Source: Octopus vulgaris (taxonomy: Eukaryota). Taken from it: a stretch of DNA of 64,000 bases. Both the position numbers and the translations under genes were made by a program. The first letter of the stretch is position 1; each line of letters opens with the position of its first letter. Positions 54,300 to 64,000 of the stretch are shown here, one piece after another. The stretch spans positions 155,620,001 through 155,684,000 of the forward strand of contig OX597817.1 in the NCBI GenBank assembly GCA_951406725.2. Direction: 5' to 3'. The notes beneath the pieces were generated by a model that saw only the letters and a list, made by a program, of their open reading frames with translations, was not told the DNA's origin and did no database searches.

Positions 54300-56086
54300 A
54301 CCAAATCTTTTACAAACCATACCTTACCTACCTGATATAAAAGGTACATTAGGTAATGTTGTACTCTTATAGACATTTAAAAGGATGGGCTTGTCATATC
54401 TGCAATGCCTTTGATCATGGGTTTGCTCAATAAGAGTTGATCTGGAGCTTGAGCAAGCAACAACAACGACTTCTGCATTCCAGAAGTTCATAGACTTTCC
54501 AGGAGAGACGTTTCATAAGTTTCTATGGTGTTTTTGCCCCAGTTTAAAACAAAACTTCGTTGCATAGTGAGCGTCCAAATTGTATTCATGTCTCAACTGT
54601 ATTCTGCAAACTAGTTAGCAGTGACAAGCAGTGTTTAGTAGGGTGTGCTCAAGTTTTTGTTACAGCTGTCTACTTCAATTTGGAATAACAAAAGTTGTCA
54701 GGTCAGCTTATTAAAACTATTTTGTTTTTATTTATGAGCCCTTTTCAAGCCTAGCCAGGCTCATGGGCCTGGTTTCCCAGTTTCTATGGCATATGTGTTC
54801 CCTCCAGCTGGACGGGACGCCAATCAGTTGCAGCATTACTCAAGAAACAAGAAGAAAGAGTGAGAGAAAGTTGGGGCGAAAGAGTACAACAGGGGTTGCC
54901 ACCACCCCCTGCCGGAGCCTCATGGAGCTTTAGGTGTTTTCACTCAATAATAAACGCGCACAACGCCTGGTCTGGGAATCGAAACCACGATCCTCCGACC
55001 ACGAGTCTGCTGCCCTAACCACTGGGCCATTGCGCCTCCACTATAGTAATGATATACTAAAATTACAATAATCTAGGACAATTATAACTTTCTCTCCTAA
55101 AAGGCCTCAAAACTTCTGGAATACACCTCATATCTATCTATCTATCTGAGTGTGTGCGTGTTTGTGTGTATATTTGTGTATGTAAAGTAAAATATAGCAT
55201 ATCAAGTTTGTTTTTTGTTTTGTAATGAAAGGGCAATAAACATGACTCTCCTCAGGGCTTCTAATTGGTGATGGAAAGGGAGAAAGGGAGGAACGAGGAG
55301 GTTATATTTAGATAGGAAACTTAGCCTAAATGCATGCAATTGAGTGGACTCTTCTAAAAGTACACAAGGGTCAGGTGGTAATGTTAATACTGGTGATAGA
55401 TTAAGTCTACCATTCATGAACATTCTTTTCATTTTTTTTATTTTTCATGCAAGGCTTTGGTAGACTTGGAACAATGGTAGAAAATTCTGGTCCAAGTTGA
55501 CGAAGCAAACTTTTTAATTACACATCCATGCCTCTTATGTCCACCCTAATCCACCAGACTTATGTTCAAAGATATCTTGTCAATGCCATAATTTTTTTTT
55601 CTGACATAATGTATCTAGAACCACATAATCCATCCCAGTTATAAGATGGTATAATGTGATTTAAGGTAGCTGTGACTGCTATTTTTAGCTGGTGAGTAGC
55701 CTTGCTGAGGCTTCTTTGGATTGTTTGAACAGATATTTATATCACAGCATAACTTCTGTAATGTGAACCACTTAACCATGAAAAGGCAATTAAAGTAATG
55801 ACTACTTGCAACCTTATTTGCACCATTGAACTCCATATTAGAGATCACTCATATACCACATCGTTATAAAATTACTTTTCTCAACTAAGAAACTGTTGTT
55901 GTTGCTGTTGTCATTGTTGTTGTTGTTGCTTGCTCAAGCTCCGGGTCGACTCTTATTGTGCAAACCCATGATCAGAGGCATTGCAGATATGACAAGCCCA
56001 TCCTTCTAAATGTGTATAAGAGTACAACATTACATAATGTACCTTTTATATCAAGTAGGTAAGGTATGGTTTGTAAAAGATTTGGT
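54300..56086. repeat. 168-bp inverted repeat pair (54300-54467 / 55919-56086)
   Basis: Ungapped, 9 differences by manual comparison. Confidence 0.85.
54738..55041 (-). mobile_element. SINE head A + tail 2 (OR2-like)
   Basis: Homology to 1420-1733. Confidence 0.85.
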
Positions 56087-56506
56087 TTCTGTTTCTAGCA
56101 AGGTGAATGGCCAACAGAGCACAAACTTATGAGAGTATGTTACTTAATACAAGTCTGTATGGAAAGATTTAAAGTGTTTGAATTTCCATGAATCTGTATC
56201 ATAGAAGTTGAAAGTAATCTGCAACAAATACGTCTCTACCAGAATTGACCTTCTTGGCTTAGGCAGGAAATTCAGATGAGCAATACTCTTCTTTTTCTTT
56301 TCTTTCTTCTTTAATTAATTAATTTATTCATTTATTTTTTGCAGCTGCTAGGTCAACGTCATATATACACTGTAGTTATATATATACATATATACATGTA
56401 TATATAATATTTACATATATATATATATATATACAAATATATAAACTTATATTCCTATAAGTATTCATATATATATATATATTTATATATAAATACTTAT
56501 ATATAC

Positions 56507-57120
56507 ATCTAATATAGGATAAAATTTTTCTGAAAAATTTTATCAATGGCCAGCATATTAAAAAAACCTTTAATGGTTAAATTTATAAACAACTTATAAA
56601 CAAGGGCAAAATAAAAAAATTCTAATGCCAAATATGCTGAAAATAGACAAATCATCAATAACCATATAATTTATCACTATAAGCACGCGTCTCGAAGTAA
56701 GCCGACAGAAATTTCTAAAAAATTATGTTATTATCACATCAGTTCCAATTTCAGAGTTAATTCATAAGAATTTTATCCTCGTCAGCGATAAATACGGTAA
56801 GAAATAAATGAAATACTTACTTATACCCATGGAAGAAGCAAACACTAAGTCATGAGCACAATTAAGTACCCCAAATATATCCAAAATAGAAATTCTCCAG
56901 TACACCTCAAGACATGTGCAATCAGACTGAAAACTCTCATAGAGTGAGAGAGTCTGGAAGTGAACACTATTAAATTTACATCTAATATAGGATAAAAATA
57001 CCTTTAAAGGTTAAAATTATAAACAACTTATAAACAAGGGCCAAAGAAAAAATTCTAATGCCAAATATGCCAAAAATAGACAACTCGTTAATAACCATAT
57101 AATTCATCACTATAAGCATA
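56507..57120 (-). mobile_element. PLE-like fragment with partial direct repeat and decayed hammerhead
   Basis: Direct repeat about 56507-56685 / 56977-57120; CUGACGA...GAGAC-gc-GUG at about 56680-56790. Confidence 0.55.
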
Positions 57121-57381
57121 CTTATATATATATATATATTATATTTTTTATCTTTTATTTGTTTCAGTCATTTGACTTGGGGCACTGCCTTGAAGAACTT
57201 TTAGTCAAATGAGTGAACCCCCAATTCTTAATTTCATTGACCCTAGTACTTATCGTATTGGTTTCATACTGCTAAGTAATGGGGATGTAAAAGTGGTAGC
57301 GGAGAGAGGGCATACAGACAGACATACACCCAATATATATCATCATCATCGTTTAACGTCCGCTTTCCATGCTAGCATATT

Positions 57382-57433
<52 letters not shown>

Positions 57434-58537
57434 TAAAATCGTAAAAAATAGGGATTTTCATTAAAAAAAAGCACCTTTTTGATGTAAATAATTTTTGGTG
57501 TTAACATGGTCCGATTTGAATTTTATCTTCTACGGAATGAAGAGCAAGCCTTCTTCTATCATACTCTCAGTTTTGGTCAACTTGCATCGCAGGGTCTCAG
57601 AGGAGATAGTGTTAGTTGAAGGCTATCAAACCTGTCACACACAGACAACTTCAGCCTTATATATAAGATAAATATATACATACAGACAGAAAGCAGACAG
57701 TCAGATTCTTGATAGGGAAAGAATTATAGTAAAGTGTACAGTAAGTTATTGGAAAAACTGCTAGTGTAGCATGATAATGTTGTTAAAGGATTCTTTAGCT
57801 GTTATCTATTATGTTTGCTCGCCTGTAACTTAAGGGAAGATCATGATGAAATAAGATATTGAGGCATCATAAAGGCTTCATCTTACTGTCATGGCTAAAG
57901 AGAGAATCCACTAGAGTGGTTTTCTAGCAGTATGTTAAAATTTCTCTTCCTATGGCTGAACTGCAGCCCAGCACCGCAAGTAATGGAATGCCTATCAGTT
58001 ATTGTGGACCCCTACCATGCACAAAGGTGAAGTTTGTCTGTAAATGGTACCTACTTAAATTTCGAGTACTGATACATCATCATCGTTTAACGTCCGCTTT
58101 CCATGCTGGCATGGGTTGGACGGTTCGACCGGGGTCTGGGAAGCCAGGAGGCTGCACCAGGCTCCGGTCTGATCTGGCTGTGTTTCTACAGTTGGATGCC
58201 CTTCCTAACGCTAACCACTCTGTGAGTGTAGTGTATGCTTTTTACGTGCCACCAGCACAGGTGCCAGGGGAGGCTGGCAACAACCATGATCGGTTGGTAC
58301 TTTTTACGTGTCACCAGCACCTCCTGAAATTATGTTGGGTGAAAGCATGACTGTGTAGTAAGAAGTTTGCTTCCCAACCACATGGTCTTAGGTTCAATCC
58401 CACTGGATGGCATCTTGGGCAAGTGTCTTCTACTATTGTCTTGGGCTGACCAAGGGTTTTTGACTTGTTAGTGGATTTGGTTGAGAGAAGCTAAAAGAAG
58501 CCTATTGTGTGTATATACATACATGTGTGTATGCATA

Positions 58538-58905
58538 TCTCTCTATATATAAACGGCAGTTTGTCTGTGTGTGTTTCTGTGTGTCTGTCAGGTTGTACCC
58601 TCACCCTGACCACGGCTTTCAACCGATTCTGATGAAACTTGACACACACATAGCCCAATGTCATAATTCAAAACTAACGCAGCGAAAATTTTGAAAAGTT
58701 CCCCCAGTTCTGAAAAAATCGATAAATTCGACATGGGGTCGAGAATCAGAAACACAAACCACAGACTGTCTAGGGGACGCAACTCGACCTTTTTAACTAA
58801 AAAAAATTTACCATCATTTTTTTCCATTTTTTGGCTATAACTCTCTAAAAATGCTTTATAGTTAATTCCCTTACAAACCCGAGCAACGCCGGGCGATACT
58901 GCTAG
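58538..58905 (+). mobile_element. Non-autonomous Helitron
   Basis: A|TC start, CCCGAGCAACGCCGGG hairpin, CTAG|T end. Confidence 0.85.
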
Positions 58906-59552
58906 TGTGTGTATAAATGTGTTTGTGTGTGTGTGTGTGTGTTTGTAAAGGGATGCTGAAAAGTTCCTGGCTTTGATAAAAGAAAATACAGGTGGATCAG
59001 TTAATTATGATTTTATCGAACATATTCCCCACTCAGATTCACACACCTACTGCAGCAGTCCTTCAGTTTTTCTAAGCCCTGTAAAAGAACTTAAAAGATT
59101 GGGCCTCCAACCAGGCCTTTTGTGATTCCCTTAAAACCAGGAACTTTTCAATACCTTCATGCACATGTGTGTGTATGTATGTGCATGTGCATGTGAATAT
59201 AAGTGAGTGTGTGTATATATATATATATGTGTGTGTGTGTTTGTGCGTGTATAAATTCATGTGTGTGTTTGCGTTTATTTATATATATATATATATATGT
59301 AGATGTGTGTGTACGTATGTGTATGTTACTGTCTCCTTGCTTTGACTTCATGTGATTGTTGTAAACAAATGTCACCATCTTGCAAGAAATGCATTTCATT
59401 TTCACTCTTCTGGGTAAACATTTCTGGTCATGGAGAAATATTATTTTATTTGGAAACGGATGAGCATTAGCAACAAGAAGAGCACCTGACTGTAGAAAAT
59501 CCACCTCAACAAATTCTGTCTGACCCATGTGAGCATGGAAAAGTGGACATTA

Positions 59553-59614
59553 AATGACGATGATGCTGACGATGATGACGACGACGACGACGACGACGAT
59601 GATGATGATGATGG

Positions 59615-59658
<44 letters not shown>

Positions 59659-59744
59659 ATGATGAAGATGATGATGATGATAAAGATAACGACGACGACG
59701 ACGATGATGATGATGATGGTGATGATGATGATGATGATGATGAC

Positions 59745-59831
<87 letters not shown>

Positions 59832-59836
59832 GATGA
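59553..59836. repeat. Expanded (GAT/GAC)n tail of family-E SINE
   Basis: Follows GGAAAAGTGGACATTAAA terminus. Confidence 0.9.
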
Positions 59837-60035
59837 ATCATGCACATTTCAGTATCTTTACATAATGCAACACTGATGGCAAGAAAAGAATCTTGGGCTC
59901 TTCTAATGATAGACTGGAATCTCTGTGATTGTCTTTGTTAGAATGAAATTGAAAATTAATGAAAGTAAGCTGTGTTTCACGATTTTCAAGTCTCTGAAGT
60001 TGAACACTGTTTAATATGTGGTACACTACAAAGGG

Positions 60036-60352
60036 GTGGAGAAGCAATGGCCCAGTGGTTAGGGCAGCGGACTTGCAGTCGGAGGATCGTGGTTTCAATT
60101 CCCAGACTGAGCGTTGTGTGTGTTTATTGAGCAAAAACATCTAAAGCTCCATGAGGCACCGGCAGGGAGTGGTGGCGACCCCTGTTGTACTCTTTCACCC
60201 CAACTTTCTCTCACTCTTTCTTCCTGTTTCTTGAGTAACGCTGCGATGGACTGGTGTCCTTTCCAGCTGGGAGGAACACATACTCCATAGAAACCAGGGA
60301 ACCGGGCCCATAAGCCTGGCTAGGCTTGAAAAGGACACATAAATAGTAAATA
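60036..60352 (+). mobile_element. SINE head A + tail 2 (OR2-like)
   Basis: Homology to 1420-1733; TSD ACACTACAA. Confidence 0.85.
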
Positions 60353-60665
60353 ACACTACAAGGTGGGGGTGCGAGGTGAGTAGGCAGAATCGTTAACACA
60401 CAGGGCAAAATGCTTAACAGCATTTCGCCTGTCTTTATGTTCTGAGTTCAAATTCCACTGAAGTTGACTTTGCCTTTCATATTTTTATGGTTGATAAAGA
60501 AAGTACCAGTTGAACACTGGGGTCAATGTAATCAACTGACTCCCACCCTTAAGCATTGCTGGCCCTGTGCCAAAATTTGAATCCAATATGTAGTACAGTA
60601 TGGCCAGCCATCACTTGTGAGTGAGCATGGCTTAGTCATATGTATTATAAATAAAAATAATAAAT

Positions 60666-60912
60666 GCGCCCTTTTAAAACCTAGCCACGGCCATGGGCCC
60701 GGTTTCCCAGTTCCAATGGCATATATGTTCTCCAGCTTGATGGGATGCCAGTCCATCGCAGCATTACTCATTTTTGCCAGCTGAGTGGACTGGAGCAACG
60801 TGAAATGAAGTGTTTTACTGAAGAACACAACGCATCGCCCGGTCCAGGAATCAAAACCACAATCTTACAATCATGATGCTAACACCTTAACCACTAAGCC
60901 ACGTGCCTCCAC
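60666..60912 (-). mobile_element. SINE head C + tail 2
   Basis: CCAGTCCACTCAGCTGGCAAAAATGAGTA joined to ATGCTGCGATGGACTGG tail. Confidence 0.8.
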
Positions 60913-61218
60913 CATATGTATTATGCTTTGGCTAATTGCTACGGTTTTTTTATGTGGTCACTAGCATATAGAGACTCTCTCTTGTGTCTTGAATCTTCAT
61001 TTAGTGGTATATCTAGAATGTGACAGCTGAAGGGACAAAGTGTAGCACTGGTACCTGGTTAGTACTCATTTACAGCTGAGTAGACTGGAGTAACATGAAA
61101 TGAAGAACCTTGCCCAAGGACACAACATTCCACTCTGTCTAGGAAATGAATTTGCAACATTATGTCCAAGTGCTAAATGCGCTAACCACTAGGCCAAAAA
61201 AGCCTCTATAGTAAAGTA

Positions 61219-61509
61219 CAGTGGTTCTCAAATTTTTTCAGGCTGCCACCTGCTTGGTTCTAAGGCTACATTCCTAGTGCACCCCACCTCACCATCACAG
61301 ACATAGAAATTTTCTGCAGCAAATTCAAAACAACAGTATTCCATAAATAGATCTTAACCTAATTAGCCCTTTATTTTGTTTGTAATTTTTTCATCCTTTG
61401 CTCTGTTTTGGTTACTTCATTATCACCCCATTTTTCTTCAACAGACCCCTGGAAGTTTCCATTGCCAGGGATGGGTTTGGGGCAGTACCGCTCACTTGGG
61501 GAACCATTA
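61219..61509. mobile_element. hAT MITE
   Basis: CAGTGGTTCTCAA ... TTGGGGAACCATTA, degenerate 8-bp TSD GTAAAGTA/GTGTAGTA. Confidence 0.6.
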
Positions 61510-62440
61510 GTGTAGTATATATAATATATCATGACTGGCACAGTGTATATCAAACAAAACAATGATATCAGTTTGGCACACTTTATATTATTCCTCATAT
61601 ATCGCAATATTATGCAGACACCAAACTGAGATATCATATGGAGATGATATCAATATCACTCTAGCACACCAATGATAATACAACAATAACCCAACAGTAT
61701 TATCCAACAACTAAACAAAGATATCACTCTCATGAACTAATATTATTAAACAAACATAAAGGAGAGTACACTTAAGCTAAGTAAAAAATTATGAACCAAC
61801 TACAATAATATCGCATGCAGTATACATTACATTGATCTTAGACATAAATGAATGTTATTATACTAGCAAGACAATGATACTGGCTTATACAGTGGCACGA
61901 CTCATGATTGATTGTGTTGAAAAACCCACAGAACTAGGTGTTGCCTTGGTTCTGGTAGTTTATGGCCCACTGGATAAGGTCAGTTATAGCTTTCAGCCTG
62001 TAAATGGAAATATAGGCTAAGCAGTTTAAATAGTAAAATGATTCATATAACATACATGTCGATATAAGTATATATGTATTTGTATACATGAGTGCCTATT
62101 GTGAAATATGTATGATTGTATACATATACATGTGTGTGTGTGTGTATACATCTATTGAAATCATAATCCCGGTATATAAATATAAAAGGGTCTAATGCTC
62201 TTAGCTTAGACTTTTTTGGGGGCAACCAGATCGAACCATCTCAAGTGTAACTGCCAGAAATGGTCGTGACTTCTTGCACTTGACTGATGAAAGAAAGCCA
62301 AGAATGACCTGTGTTTTTTGCCTGTCCTTCTAATTGTTGTTTCTCTTGTCCGCCTTTATGTTGTCGATCTGTCCGAATGTATTAATGCCTTCTATTGCGT
62401 TTTTGTTCCATTTATATACCTATCTATCTATCTATCCATG

Positions 62441-62552
<112 letters not shown>

Positions 62553-62554
62553 CA

Positions 62555-62595
<41 letters not shown>

Positions 62596-62774
62596 ATACA
62601 TACATATATATATACATACATATATATATACATACATACATGGATAGATAGATATATCACACACACATAATATGGACATATATATGATATATATATAAAT
62701 ATATAGGTATAAATGGACATATGCATATAATGTGTGTGTGTGCATCTGTGTGTTTGATGTAAATTATTAATGCA

Positions 62775-63420
62775 GTAGAGATGCAATGGAATCACTGACT
62801 AGCTGACAGAGAAGGACTTTGTTTGCAGCAGATGTGCAGGAATAGTTAGCAGTAAAAGCACCCTTAAAATATATTCTTTCAAAGCTCCAAAGGTTCTCTA
62901 GAAATACTTGATAGCTTCTGTTACCTAGGTGACCTAATTAGCAATGGAAGGGGCTTTTTGGAAGCATAATAGTCAGAGCAAGAATTCTGTGTGTGGTGGT
63001 GGCGAATTTAGGGAGCTAGCAACAAAGGGAATTCACTCACAGAGTAAAAGGGTAGATGTGAATATTGCTTGTGTATGAAGCACAATGTTGTAAGGTAGTA
63101 AAACATGGGTATTAAATGCAGGTAATGTGCAAAGGCTGGAATGAAATGCAGCAAGCATGATCTGATAAAGGTGCAATGTTAGTGTGCATGCACAACAGAA
63201 TTCAAATAAACTGCAAGAAAAGTTTGTATGAGAGGAATCAGATGTAATGTGATAGAGAGAAGACTGTACTGTGAGAAGATGAACATGTGATACGTACAGA
63301 GGATGCTAGTTAAATAAAGGTGTATCAATGAACCCGCAGAAGAGAAATAATGTGGAAGACAAGGGAAGAAGTAGTGAAAACTGATCTAAAGAAGCTGAAC
63401 CCAGTGATGATGATGATGAT
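62775..63420 (+). pseudogene. RTE LINE reverse transcriptase C-terminal remnant
   Basis: DFVCSRC, LEILDSFCYLGDLIS, STML*GSKTW, ERRL motifs with many disablements. Confidence 0.8.
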
Positions 63421-63535
63421 GAAACACTGCAATGAATGGTAAGGTACTGTAACAGAGTAGTTGTATTCAGACCTTAAAAGCAGGGAAAAAAATCTTTATA
63501 TAGTCCATACATGATGACAATGATGATGATGATGA

Positions 63536-63581
<46 letters not shown>

Positions 63582-63711
63582 ATTAGAGATAAAAACCACT
63601 ATTAGGCAAATCAAACAGTGAAAAACATAAGCCAATACATAAAATTAATTTTAAAATATAGAAGTTAAAAATTAAAAAAATATTTAAATAATTTAAACTT
63701 ATAAATTTTAA

Positions 63712-63779
<68 letters not shown>

Positions 63780-63956
63780 ATTTTTATATTTATATATTAT
63801 TATATTAATTAATTTATTTTTATTTTTATTTTTATTTTTTTTTAAATATCAAAAGTATTAAAAGTTTAATAAAAGACAAAGAGTAAAATATATGATATAT
63901 ATATATGGGAAGAAAAAGTCACGATAGAAAATGCTAAAATGATTTTATAAAAAACA

Positions 63957-63998
63957 TTTCAGTACCGGTTTCAGTCATTCAGACTTTTTCAACTGTAA
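63957..63998 (-). ncRNA. Minimal hammerhead with U3-A8 covariant core
   Basis: cag-UUGAAAA-aguc ugaau gacu-GAAAC-cg-GUA-cug. Confidence 0.65.
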
Positions 63999-64000
63999 CA

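Noticed and set aside
59506-59876. Poly-Asp/His/Met ORFs
   Set aside because: Translation of an expanded (GAT)n retroposon tail
59861-60025. Minus-strand open segment with AG/GT ends
   Set aside because: Acceptor overlaps a SINE TSD and abuts SINEs, donor is weak, no recognisable protein

Overview
AT-rich, microsatellite-dense eukaryotic DNA. It is most likely octopus/cephalopod intronic or intergenic sequence, inferred from SINEs resembling the octopus OK/OR1/OR2 families. Almost all ORFs in the supplied track are simple-repeat or SINE artefacts. Contents: (1) dozens of tRNA-derived SINE copies with swappable head and tail modules; (2) 5'-truncated RTE LINE 3' ends carrying tandem pseudoknot+hairpin units; (3) decayed R4/Dong-like, CR1-like, Gypsy, hAT, mariner and Helitron elements plus many MITEs, often nested; (4) a few low-confidence host exons. 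The most notable signal is a set of minimal type-I hammerhead ribozymes (HHRs) in Penelope-like pLTR-type sequences sitting in (TA)n tracts. They include divergent head-to-head HHR palindromes (5411-5780 and a perfect 330-bp one at 51808-52137), collapsed versions of such palindromes, a U3-A8 covariant core, and a possible permuted variant. All assignments were made by eye, without searches.
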